Made by a program: the position numbers and the translations under genes. A DNA stretch of 64,000 nt from a virus: IMG/VR virus record IMGVR_UViG_3300028393_000021. One strand, given 5' to 3'. This document shows positions 17,776 through 26,732 of this stretch, one piece after another. How positions within the stretch are numbered: position 1 is the first letter of the stretch; every line of letters starts with the position of its first letter. A model generated the notes under the pieces. The model did no database searches. It was not told where the DNA came from and was given only the letters and a program-made list of their open reading frames with translations.

Positions 17776-18096
17776 TTATTTTAATAGAGTTAGCAATGTT
17801 TCACTATGCGCGGTAACCCATCCCAACGCTGCTAACGCACCTGCACTAAGATAAACCCATTTTGTTTTAAATTGCTCTAGATCTTTGATTTTACCCAACA
17901 TGTTATCATGTTGTTCAATATTTTCCCCATGCATACCTTTAAGTTGATCCATAATATCATCACGTGTCTTATCAAGACAATCATGCATGTCCTTAACATC
18001 TATTTTAAGGTTATCAATTTTTTCTTCGATGTTATCTACTTTTGTTTCTAACACGCTAACACGTTCTGGAACGGTTGCTAATGATGTTTTTGCCAT
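17776..18096 (-). CDS. Coiled-coil protein with C-terminal membrane anchor (XhlA-like)
   Basis: Heptad-rich ERVSVLETKVDNIEEKIDNL; hydrophobic WVYLSAGALAALGWV. Confidence 0.45.
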   Translation of the reverse strand: MAKTSLATVPERVSVLETKVDNIEEKIDNLKIDVKDMHDCLDKTRDDIMDQLKGMHGENIEQHDNMLGKIKDLEQFKTKWVYLSAGALAALGWVTAHSETLLTLLK

Positions 18097-18146
18097 CCGA
18101 GCTATCTCCTTTTTTTTTAGAACTACTACTACTGTTAAATAGTGCC

Positions 18147-18560
18147 TTAAGATGCCTTGATGATTGTATTTTTAGCGGAAGAACTTTTCAGTTCAAATAT
18201 CGCCTTATCTATATTTATGGTTTCTGTTAATTTTTTAACGATAGGTACACCATCAATATCATTGATTAACAATCCTATTTCACTAGTTTCATCACTGTAC
18301 ACACCTGCTCTATCAGGATAAAATACCCATGTCCATACAGTGTGTTTACCTTTGTATTTAGAACCAAATCCTAGATCTTTAATGTCAATGTTTTCGGAAC
18401 TGGGTCCACGATCGTAGCTAATGATCGACCTAAGTTCAGCACATTGCCTTAATGTGGTAAAATTTCTATATTGGTCATATTCTAGTTGAGAACCTTGACC
18501 GGGTCTAAGCATTGTGATGTTAGTGATGTCTAATAAAGTTTTAATTTCTATGATTTGCAT
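18147..18560 (-). CDS. Hypothetical protein
   Basis: Start placed at ATG 18560, downstream of ATAAATA at 18578-18584. Confidence 0.6.
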   Translation of the reverse strand: MQIIEIKTLLDITNITMLRPGQGSQLEYDQYRNFTTLRQCAELRSIISYDRGPSSENIDIKDLGFGSKYKGKHTVWTWVFYPDRAGVYSDETSEIGLLINDIDGVPIVKKLTETINIDKAIFELKSSSAKNTIIKAS

Positions 18561-18588
18561 AATATACCTATATAATATATTTATGGCC

Positions 18589-18617
18589 AAAAGAAAAGGG
18601 AGTTAAAAAACTCCCTT
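18589..18617 (-). terminator. Intrinsic terminator
   Basis: AAGGGAGTT/AACTCCCTT 9-bp stem with 4-nt loop, then UUCUUUU on the minus strand. Confidence 0.75.
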
Positions 18618-18637
18618 GTCTTACTCTTAATAAAATA

Positions 18638-19042
18638 TTAAGCTAGTGTGAATGCACCAGTGTTGGCCATTGATGTACCAGAAGTAACTGTTAGGTTACC
18701 TAGAGTAGCACCAGTTGCTGCCACGATAGCGGCCTTCAATGCACCGAAACCAGTTGTAACACCAGATCCAGCAACGCCGTCGCCTTGGTTGCAACTTGGG
18801 AAGTCAACGATAGCGCAAATTGCGGTTGCGTCTGTACGTGCGCCTAGTAGAACAATGCTGGCTACTGCTTGAATGCCTTTAACTGCCTTAGAATAACCAC
18901 CTTCTGTGATTACGCCTGTTGTTGCATTAACTGTGTCAGCTGTGAAGCTGTTACCAGAATCAGCAATTTTAATTACTAGTGGTGAATAGCCATAGAAAGC
19001 ACCTGCGCTAACTTGACCGTGAACTCGATTGATTGTTGCCAT
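18638..19042 (-). CDS. Small Ala/Gly/Thr-rich protein, probably an abundant virion protein
   Basis: Own ATAAATA (19095-19101), leader hairpin GAGUUCC/GGGAGCUC, AAGGAG RBS and own terminator. Confidence 0.55.
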   Translation of the reverse strand: MATINRVHGQVSAGAFYGYSPLVIKIADSGNSFTADTVNATTGVITEGGYSKAVKGIQAVASIVLLGARTDATAICAIVDFPSCNQGDGVAGSGVTTGFGALKAAIVAATGATLGNLTVTSGTSMANTGAFTLA

Positions 19043-19133
19043 TTTAAATCTCCTTGATCTTTTTTGAGCTCCCCTATGGAACTCGTTATGTTTTTATTTA
19101 TCTAATTTGGAAAAAAATATCCATTATGGTCGA

Positions 19134-19433
19134 TTAGTCGTCGGTTTTTACATCACCTTCGATGACTTTTAGGTGTTTAGCAGTTTCTTTATTGTCTCTC
19201 AACTTACGTATGCTGCGAGTAAATTTGCTTGAATCCCCACCTTTAATACTGTTAAGTAGTCTACGTTCTAATTCATAGGCCTCGTCTGGACTGAAGTTTT
19301 CTTTGATAAATGACAATAGATTGATTGCACTATCAATTACATGAGTTGCCCTAGCTTCTATCAATGCTTCATTATCTTTTTTCAAAGTAATAGAATTTAG
19401 TTCTTCTAGTAAACTGCGGGTGACTTTTTTCAA
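19134..19433 (-). CDS. Conserved phage hypothetical protein
   Basis: TTG start with AAGGA RBS; TAAATA at 19456-19461. Confidence 0.6.
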   Translation of the reverse strand: MKKVTRSLLEELNSITLKKDNEALIEARATHVIDSAINLLSFIKENFSPDEAYELERRLLNSIKGGDSSKFTRSIRKLRDNKETAKHLKVIEGDVKTDD

Positions 19434-19584
19434 GATAGTATCCTTGTTGTATGAATATTTAGTGTAATTGTAACATCATTAAATGGTAAAATAAAGACTT
19501 GCAAATACACTCAAGGATTATTTAATTGTAAAAATATTTATACTTTTTTGGAAGAAATATATAATGGTTTCTACTGAGTTTTGT

Positions 19585-19602
19585 TGCGTCGCCGCATAAA
19601 TA
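19585..19602 (+). promoter_or_regulatory. TGC-rich PhaR-box-like motif abutting a late-type TAAATA
   Basis: TGCGTCGCCGCA followed directly by TAAATA. Confidence 0.35.
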
Positions 19603-19632
19603 CCAGTACAATTAACACACAGGAGAAAAAAT

Positions 19633-19821
19633 ATGTTAAACCAATTAGCTGAATACTTCCACAAGATGTTTCAGAATTTCGAAGCGCCGTCTACCTATGG
19701 CGCTGCATTAGAATCGTACATTGTTTCTAAAAACCCACAAGATGGTGGTGATGTAGATCGATTAGTACGAGAGTTTGATCAAAAAATGGCAAACCGTCAC
19801 GAAGCAGGGTGGCCAATATGA
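19633..19821 (+). CDS. Small protein, DUF3563-like
   Basis: AGGAG RBS; LESYIVSKNPQ..GDVDRLVREFD pattern. Confidence 0.5.
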   Translation: MLNQLAEYFHKMFQNFEAPSTYGAALESYIVSKNPQDGGDVDRLVREFDQKMANRHEAGWPI

Positions 19822-19919
19822 TCAAGAAAATCTTAAACTCTATCTGGGATTTCTTGATAGATCTCGGAGAATATCGTTACAAAGTAATCAAATCCCATGG
19901 TTACCAAACTTGGTATTAG
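19818..19919 (+). CDS. 33-aa amphipathic peptide (MIKKILNSIWDFLIDLGEYRY...)
   Basis: ATGA overlap with the upstream stop; below ORF cutoff. Confidence 0.5.
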   Translation: MIKKILNSIWDFLIDLGEYRYKVIKSHGYQTWY

Positions 19920-19920
19920 A

Positions 19921-19995
19921 ATGAGAAAGGAAATTGACTTTGTAGCTGTCAGTACTTTGATCCTGTTATCAGGATTGTTAATACTGGTTATCTAA
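19921..19995 (+). CDS. 24-aa single-pass membrane peptide (MRKEIDFVAVSTLILLSGLLILVI)
   Basis: Exactly fills the gap, with 1-nt spacing on each side. Confidence 0.45.
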   Translation: MRKEIDFVAVSTLILLSGLLILVI

Positions 19996-19996
19996 A

Positions 19997-20554
19997 ATGT
20001 CATATGCAACAGTTAGGCGAGTACTGCCTTACGAATATCCCAAATATAGACTACACCTTAAGTGCTTGGATTCTGAATCTAGGACACTTAGGTTTGCTAG
20101 TCCAATCAATGATCATGTAATAGATAAATTATGTGATGGGTTTGAGGCAGATCCAAGCAAACATGTATTATTTGCCATTGAGAATTGTCGATTAGAATTT
20201 ATTGCCATCGGTCATATTTCTCTAGACGGTGACATGGAACTGGCATTTAGTGTGCTTAAAAAGCACCAAGGCCGCGGCTTTGGTAATTTGCTGATAAAAC
20301 GTTGTATACAATATTGCCGTACACATAACATACTCAAAGGTTACATGGTATGTTTAAGTACCAACACTGCTATTCGATACTTGTGTAGAAAGCACGGAAT
20401 TACTGTGGAGAATGATCAAGGCGAAAGCCTTGCCAACATTCAATTGCCACCTGCAGGCATTAACACATATATCAACGAAACTATAGACAACAACATATCT
20501 GCCTTAGACTATATTACTAAGCGAGCAACTAACAAACTTCTATTTTTATCGTAA
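19997..20554 (+). CDS. GNAT acetyltransferase resembling the Pat/YfiQ protein-acetyltransferase GNAT domain
   Basis: LD.ESRTLRF motif; ELAFSVLKKHQGRGFGNLL acetyl-CoA-binding motif A. Confidence 0.8.
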   Translation: MSYATVRRVLPYEYPKYRLHLKCLDSESRTLRFASPINDHVIDKLCDGFEADPSKHVLFAIENCRLEFIAIGHISLDGDMELAFSVLKKHQGRGFGNLLIKRCIQYCRTHNILKGYMVCLSTNTAIRYLCRKHGITVENDQGESLANIQLPPAGINTYINETIDNNISALDYITKRATNKLLFLS

Positions 20555-20557
20555 CAA

Positions 20558-20591
20558 TTGTTTTACACAGAGACACTGTGTATAATAAATA
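20558..20591 (+). promoter_or_regulatory. sigma70-like promoter whose spacer is a palindrome
   Basis: TTGTTT-N17-TATAAT(AAATA); TACACAG-N5-CTGTGTA at 20564-20582. Confidence 0.6.
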
Positions 20592-20621
20592 CATTACACA
20601 TATACACACAAGGAGAATAAT

Positions 20622-20897
20622 ATGTTTACACCGGAATTCTATATTGATTTATTTCAATCATCCAAGCGTCAGTTTACTAATCAAGTTTACAAAGACGACA
20701 CACTCAACAAGGCCTGCAATGCATTTATTGACGCTCAAACAGCGTTTGCTAAAATGATGGCTAAGAATTACATTGACCTGTCTACATATTCTGCAGACGC
20801 AATGAGCAAAGTATTTTTCCCTCAACAGGAAGAAACAGTCAAGGCCAAGACTGTTAAAAAATCAGCCAACACAGACATTAACACACAAGGAGAATAA
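20622..20897 (+). CDS. Phasin-like helical protein (tentative)
   Basis: Amphipathic helices (AFIDAQTAFAKMMAK); strong AAGGAG RBS; similarity judged by eye. Confidence 0.4.
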   Translation: MFTPEFYIDLFQSSKRQFTNQVYKDDTLNKACNAFIDAQTAFAKMMAKNYIDLSTYSADAMSKVFFPQQEETVKAKTVKKSANTDINTQGE

Positions 20898-20898
20898 T

Positions 20899-21168
20899 AT
20901 GTCAAATTTTGAAACCCCTAAGCTACCAGAAGTTAAATTTAACAAGAACGGATACGAAATCCGTACCGACATCTTGGGCATGGCCAAAAGCCTAGTGCAA
21001 GAGGATTTCCATGCCAAATTCCAAGGCTGGGAAATGACTGCCAATCGTGACGAGAAGACAGGACAAATTGTCAGTACAGTTCAAATGCCACAGTTTCCAG
21101 GACTTGACAAGGTTCTAGAAACAGCAGAAAAAATGTACTCATTTGTTAACTCTGGTACAAAGAAATAA
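20899..21168 (+). CDS. Conserved phage hypothetical protein
   Basis: NGYEIRTDILGMAK...VLETAEKMYSFVN motif; leader identical to that of the preceding gene. Confidence 0.65.
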   Translation: MSNFETPKLPEVKFNKNGYEIRTDILGMAKSLVQEDFHAKFQGWEMTANRDEKTGQIVSTVQMPQFPGLDKVLETAEKMYSFVNSGTKK

Positions 21169-21193
21169 TATAATAAAAGTTAGAGCGTAGCTC

Positions 21194-21218
21194 AATAGGA
21201 CCTCCGGGTCCTATTTTT
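21194..21218 (+). terminator. Intrinsic terminator between convergent genes
   Basis: AATAGGACC-TCCG-GGTCCTATT followed by TTT. Confidence 0.8.
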
Positions 21219-21227
21219 ACGAATGTA

Positions 21228-21938
21228 TTATCTAAATAAATGCATTTTAGAATTATGTACAGCGACATAGTTTGGACCACCAAAATTTTCATCAGTTAAC
21301 TTGTAATTCTTAAACTCAAGGCCGTTTTTATTAAGTAATCCCAAATGAAAGCCCAATGGTGATAATTTATTGTATGCATCAAGCAACAACCATCTACTTA
21401 ATACATTGGCAAAACCATACTCAAATTGTATAATACCTATTTTATTATTTTCTAATGTCTTGGTAAATCCTTCAATTACCATACCCTCTGCACCTTCAAC
21501 ATCAATTTTTAGAAAATCAATAAAATCTATTTTTCTACTTTCCACATATTCATCACCTGTTGCCACAAAACAATTCCTAACCTCAACTGGCCCAATATTC
21601 AATCCGCTATACAGTGAACTAACAGCATCAAACTTTGTACTGTACTGGATCTCCATCATTCCATGCATATCCGATAATCCAAATCCGTTGGGAATTATTT
21701 TAGGATCACTGGGTACATTGGCTAGAAATTTTCTATAGACATCTGGTACAATTTCAAAAGTATGTATATCTGCGTATGGTTGGCACGACCTAGCCATTAA
21801 ACACCATTCTCCTATATTACTTCCAGCATCAAAAATTGTGAATAATTTATTTCTTAAATGCGATAATATCCAATCCTCGCCGTGTCGAGCAAATTCTGCT
21901 CGAGCATGTTCTTTATCATATACAGGGTAATTTGTCAT
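21228..21938 (-). CDS. FkbM-family methyltransferase
   Basis: IFDAGSNIGEW, FLKIDVEGAE, IQFEYG. Confidence 0.88.
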   Translation of the reverse strand: MTNYPVYDKEHARAEFARHGEDWILSHLRNKLFTIFDAGSNIGEWCLMARSCQPYADIHTFEIVPDVYRKFLANVPSDPKIIPNGFGLSDMHGMMEIQYSTKFDAVSSLYSGLNIGPVEVRNCFVATGDEYVESRKIDFIDFLKIDVEGAEGMVIEGFTKTLENNKIGIIQFEYGFANVLSRWLLLDAYNKLSPLGFHLGLLNKNGLEFKNYKLTDENFGGPNYVAVHNSKMHLFR

Positions 21939-22624
21939 ATTTTATTTTTAAAGTTGTTTAACATGGCAACATATAATCTACATTCTCTTTCGAGATATAT
22001 AAATTCTCGATTTGGTATTGTGTTTGCTGTTACATTATTAGGTGTTGAAAATTTAAGATTTTTAATATAGTAATTTTGATTAAATTTGGCCAGCATGGTG
22101 TCCCATAACCAACTATCACCATGATAGATATCTAACCCTGCAGGAATATTGATCCAATCTTGCTTGTTAATAAACATTAAACAGCCGATATCAAATATGT
22201 TAGTTGATCCGTTGTAGTGAACTATATCAACAGGTTCCGAAGATCCATTAGATAATTGTGAATGAGATTGTGAAAATACTACAAATTTTCCTGTATCCAA
22301 TTTATTCTTTAAAAAATCAAATATTGATAGATCAAAATCAATATCATCATTCATGACACACACATTTGAATATTCACTCACGCCTGCTCCAAAATTCCAA
22401 GCAGGATTTACAAATATATTTAATTTAAAATTATGTAATTTAATTTTTGGATGATGTAATACATCAGCATTGGGTGTGGAATTCATATCATTATTAATAA
22501 TAATAATTTCTCCCACTAATTCATGCTGTACTAACTTATATAGTAAATTAATAAATGGTGCATATTTCCACATAGTGGGTACTACTATTGAAAATTTATT
22601 TTCGTACAAAGTGATAATCTCCAT
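21935..22624 (-). CDS. GT-A-fold glycosyltransferase (paralog of domain 3 of the upstream gene)
   Basis: FSIVVPTMW, EIIIINND, NIFVNPAWN, MNDDIDFD (DxD); start placed at ATG 22624. Confidence 0.7.
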   Translation of the reverse strand: MEIITLYENKFSIVVPTMWKYAPFINLLYKLVQHELVGEIIIINNDMNSTPNADVLHHPKIKLHNFKLNIFVNPAWNFGAGVSEYSNVCVMNDDIDFDLSIFDFLKNKLDTGKFVVFSQSHSQLSNGSSEPVDIVHYNGSTNIFDIGCLMFINKQDWINIPAGLDIYHGDSWLWDTMLAKFNQNYYIKNLKFSTPNNVTANTIPNREFIYLERECRLYVAMLNNFKNKI

Positions 22625-25600
22625 CTGGTCCTTTATCGCAGAACATGCCTGTACACTCAAATCCCAGTCTACTCATGTATGCTATTACTTCATTATGTAA
22701 AGGAGCACCTTTATTATATTCTATCATCTGTAATCCTAAAATTACATGGTTAACAGTTTTTAAAGTTTCTGTGGCACCTTTGAGAATATCCAATTCAGAG
22801 CCCTGCACATCCATCTTAATTAAATCAGGTAGTGGTAATTGTCCAGCAAGAACTGCACTATCTAATGTGATTGATTTAAGTTTACGCTTGTGAGATTCAG
22901 TGTATAAAATTTTAGCTGCTGGATTTATATCAGAATTTTCTACATAATAACTATTGCCACCTGGATCAAAATCATTTTGATAAAATTCAATTTCTCTACC
23001 ATCAGTGTCACTGAGCAAACCTATGTTATATTTCATACCCGCTTCTTGATATAAAATTTCTGCAGAATCCATGGCATCAAATGCAACAACCTCAGCATTG
23101 ACCCAAACTTTCTTTGCAGCTTTGGTCCAATGTAATACACATGCACCTATATCATACACAACAATAGGGTTATAATTATATTGATCTCTAATTTTTACAA
23201 GATAGTCAGTATGTGAAGTGGGCAATGTTCCACTGTTTCCTATAAATCGCAATCTGTCTGCTACGCTATTAAACGTGGCAGAAGCTGGATCTAATAGTGC
23301 AGGTATACTATTATCAATTTGATAAGTGAAACTACCAATATGTCTGCATTGTATAGTAGTATCTACCCAGATATGGAATCCATTGTTTCTTGCCTTAGTA
23401 CAGAAATCATTATCTTCAGAGATAGTGTGTGCATGATTTATGGCAGAGTGGTATTTAAATTGTGGATATCCAACTGTTCTAAACACTTCTGCCTTGACTA
23501 ATACACATCCAAAACCGCAGCCTGCAATTTCAACTAGACCCCGTCCTTTGATCTTTTCATAAGGAATGTTTGATACGCCACCTCTATTATTATGCTCATA
23601 TAATTCTAAAACATGTATGCCAGGTCGACGTTGTATGTACATACCTGATACCACATCCTTATCATGTGCCAATAATTTTTTAAGAATATCTCTGTCAAAT
23701 GCAATGTCACTGTCAATGGATAACAAATAATCATACCCATTAACTACCCAATCAGCAATCAGGTTACGTACCTGATCAATGTTGTAACCGTAGTAATATT
23801 GAAAGTCAACTATATATCCATCGGGTACTTCTAGATCATATATAGATTTAAACGTGTCTGCTTCAATGTTTCTAGCAGTGGGTATACCGATTAAAATTCG
23901 TTTCTTTACTTGTACAGGTAATGGCGCAATGATAGGAACAGGCAATTCGTTGATTATCTCTTGCATGTCTACTCTAACCTGTTCGTAGACATGAGTTTCT
24001 CTTTCTAACACCCCACCGGTGATAGAAATATCCGAAGTAGTTGCTGCAAATTGACTATAGAACTCCATGTTTGTAATAATATAGTTTGTCTTGCCTCTCC
24101 TTAGCTGTAGATCAAATATAAAATTATCACCATAATAAATATCCAAACCATGGGGTATTGGGATCCAGCTCTTTTTATCGATGAACATTAAACAGCCAAA
24201 ACCATAAGTATGTTCACCTGTCCATGGAACAATATCGATGATTTTTGTAGTAATAGGTGGCTGGTTAAAGTCGGGCTCGCCTGGACATAACCCAAACACA
24301 CCATTATCTTCATTTAACATGTTTTGTAGTTTTTCAAATACATCAGTATCAAACACCACATCATCGTTGACAATACATAGTTTGTCATTTCTACTGGTTT
24401 CAACACCAATGTTCCATGCTGGATTAACAAATATGTTTGTGCCAAAGTCTAACATTCTAATCTTAGGATGATCTAATCCTATACTAGGTGTTTTGGTATT
24501 ATCATTGTTAATGATGATAATTTCATTTACAGATTTATGTTCACATAGCTTACCCACAAATTCTATAAATTGATCTGCTACTCTCCACATTGTGGGAACA
24601 ATTACAGAATACTTGGTAGTTTTAGTTTTGTTAATAATATCTCGGGCTGTGCGTGTTTGTTCATCACTGTTAACTTTATAATCGTTCAATGGATTTATAT
24701 CGTTGTAATTATAAACAATGTCCTGCAAACATTTAATTTTATTGGGATTAGCTGCTTCGATCAATGCATAGAACACACTACCGTCGCCTCCTGCTTTGTA
24801 CCATTCCCCTTGACTGTCTTGAAACATATTGTTATCAATACTATTAATTAGATGTTTCCTAAAGGTACGAAAATGCGTATAAGGTAAAATCCAGTTAAAG
24901 TGATGGTTACGATAATTTCCGGACTGCTTAATCTTTTCAGGATATGGTTGACTAATCAACGGAATGTTATCAACCATACTCCAGCAACTACCATAAGTAA
25001 ATTCAGTGTCAGCATCGTATACAGTATTGTAATAGGATAATACAGTATTGTCGTTAATTAAACTATCATCACCATCGAGCAACATTACAATCGCACCATC
25101 ATTTAATGTACGTATGGTGTCAATTTGATTTTTAACAGCACCTTGATTAGTTGTATTTTTAATTAATATAAATTTATCTTGTATCTCAATGGGTAACTTG
25201 CTGATTACATATTCTACAACTTCAATGGAATTATCAGTTGAGCAATCGTCAATCAGTATATGACGGTAATTATTGTAATCCTGTGTGGCCACACTGAGGA
25301 TACATTTTTCAATGTAATGAGCACAATTATAAAATGGGCTAAGAATTACAAATTCTTGTTCAACATTGGATTTATAAGTTTCAAGTTCAATCTCATTATG
25401 GAATCTACGTTTCCATATTTTATTGACTTTGTGATTAATTTTACTAGCTTCTCTATATTCATCAGCAGGGAGATAATTGCCTGTCTTTTTAAAGAAATGC
25501 TGTTTCCACTGCAATGCCACACTGTCCCATCCTGCTATATCTTTGATGATGTTGCAATAGTATTGTTTTTGTTGATGTAGATATTTGTTATGATATGCTG

Positions 25601-26681
25601 CTAGTGTTGCATTGACAAAATGTTCAACTTGTGCCGATGAATTAATAGTGGGAAATAAACCGTTGGGTACTATGGCATAGTCAATGAGATAACAGGCACC
25701 GTCTAATGCAATTTCTTCCAAAGCGCCAAATCTGCAAGTGATCACAGGAGTATTGTAGATTAAACTTTCTAATGTACTAATTCCGTAAGTTTCAGGAAAT
25801 GCTGCAGGATATATCATGAAATTAGATTCAGATAATATCTTTGCAATTTCGTACTGTGGTATAATGCCAGTAAATTCTATACCCTTGGCCTGATTATTGA
25901 CATCATCTGCTAGCTGTCGCCATTTTGTTTCTTGTTCATCAGGTGCATCACCGGAGCTAAATCTATAATAGCCTCCAATGATTTTTAATTTTGCCTGTGG
26001 CAATTGATGTTTAATCCTTGGCCAAATTTGTTCCACCAAGGGGACCATGCCCTTGCTAACAGAAGCATTATATACAAATAAATTTGGGTCTTTAGCTTGT
26101 ATATCAACTTCGAGATTATAATTCCTAGCACCGTTTCTAGTAATGAATAACTTGCGTTTTAATACTTCAAAGTTTCTTTTCTTACCATGGTCGCAATTGG
26201 CCACATAGGTTGAATGAAAGTCACTGAGTGTAAAAATGTCAGTGATACGATTTGCATTGGCCAAATCTTCAATCAATAAGTCTCCGAGGCAAAATGTATC
26301 ATGCATCCATAACACACGCATCTTGGCTTTGCTTAGAATACGATCATATAGATTCATATCCTTAAATGGCCAAGCTCTTGCATCACCTAATTTCTGATAG
26401 TCATTTGGATCTGTAAATGGTATTACAGTCCTAGAACTAATAATTATATCAAAAATATGATCTTGTGCAAGATCAGTTAATGGACGATATGTTACGTCAT
26501 CATATATGCCTGCTTTTGCGTGATCAATATTACAGTTATTGAACACGGTAACATTAAAATCTAATTCGGCTAATTCTCGAGCCATTAAAGTAACAGCACT
26601 TTCGCTGCCACCTAATCCTTGTTTATCCACAGTAGTACCATCGAATGGTATACCAATAATGTCTATTATAGCAATTTTCAT
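22596..26681 (-). CDS. Multidomain enzyme: GT4-like (GT-B) + three GT-A domains + FkbM methyltransferase
   Basis: GLGGSESAV and YPAAFPETYGISTLES (GT4); ILIDDCSTD and MLLDGDD (GT2); VPTMW/NDDVVFD; LSIDSDI and SEDNDFC; YDIGAC and KMDVQGSE (FkbM). Confidence 0.85.
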   Translation of the reverse strand: MKIAIIDIIGIPFDGTTVDKQGLGGSESAVTLMARELAELDFNVTVFNNCNIDHAKAGIYDDVTYRPLTDLAQDHIFDIIISSRTVIPFTDPNDYQKLGDARAWPFKDMNLYDRILSKAKMRVLWMHDTFCLGDLLIEDLANANRITDIFTLSDFHSTYVANCDHGKKRNFEVLKRKLFITRNGARNYNLEVDIQAKDPNLFVYNASVSKGMVPLVEQIWPRIKHQLPQAKLKIIGGYYRFSSGDAPDEQETKWRQLADDVNNQAKGIEFTGIIPQYEIAKILSESNFMIYPAAFPETYGISTLESLIYNTPVITCRFGALEEIALDGACYLIDYAIVPNGLFPTINSSAQVEHFVNATLAAYHNKYLHQQKQYYCNIIKDIAGWDSVALQWKQHFFKKTGNYLPADEYREASKINHKVNKIWKRRFHNEIELETYKSNVEQEFVILSPFYNCAHYIEKCILSVATQDYNNYRHILIDDCSTDNSIEVVEYVISKLPIEIQDKFILIKNTTNQGAVKNQIDTIRTLNDGAIVMLLDGDDSLINDNTVLSYYNTVYDADTEFTYGSCWSMVDNIPLISQPYPEKIKQSGNYRNHHFNWILPYTHFRTFRKHLINSIDNNMFQDSQGEWYKAGGDGSVFYALIEAANPNKIKCLQDIVYNYNDINPLNDYKVNSDEQTRTARDIINKTKTTKYSVIVPTMWRVADQFIEFVGKLCEHKSVNEIIIINNDNTKTPSIGLDHPKIRMLDFGTNIFVNPAWNIGVETSRNDKLCIVNDDVVFDTDVFEKLQNMLNEDNGVFGLCPGEPDFNQPPITTKIIDIVPWTGEHTYGFGCLMFIDKKSWIPIPHGLDIYYGDNFIFDLQLRRGKTNYIITNMEFYSQFAATTSDISITGGVLERETHVYEQVRVDMQEIINELPVPIIAPLPVQVKKRILIGIPTARNIEADTFKSIYDLEVPDGYIVDFQYYYGYNIDQVRNLIADWVVNGYDYLLSIDSDIAFDRDILKKLLAHDKDVVSGMYIQRRPGIHVLELYEHNNRGGVSNIPYEKIKGRGLVEIAGCGFGCVLVKAEVFRTVGYPQFKYHSAINHAHTISEDNDFCTKARNNGFHIWVDTTIQCRHIGSFTYQIDNSIPALLDPASATFNSVADRLRFIGNSGTLPTSHTDYLVKIRDQYNYNPIVVYDIGACVLHWTKAAKKVWVNAEVVAFDAMDSAEILYQEAGMKYNIGLLSDTDGREIEFYQNDFDPGGNSYYVENSDINPAAKILYTESHKRKLKSITLDSAVLAGQLPLPDLIKMDVQGSELDILKGATETLKTVNHVILGLQMIEYNKGAPLHNEVIAYMSRLGFECTGMFCDKGPDGDYHFVRK

Positions 26682-26688
26682 ACTATTA

Positions 26689-26716
26689 ATTATACACTAC
26701 AGGTACTGTGTGTCAA
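26689..26716 (-). promoter_or_regulatory. sigma70 promoter predicted to give a leaderless mRNA
   Basis: TTGACA-N16-TATAAT-TAATAGT-ATG(26681). Confidence 0.65.
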
Positions 26717-26732
26717 TAATATTGAGTATGGT

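Noticed and set aside
21181-21200. tRNA gene (TAGCTCAATAGG resembles a D-arm/A-box)
   Set aside because: No anticodon arm, T-arm or acceptor 3' strand; the sequence runs straight into the terminator stem.
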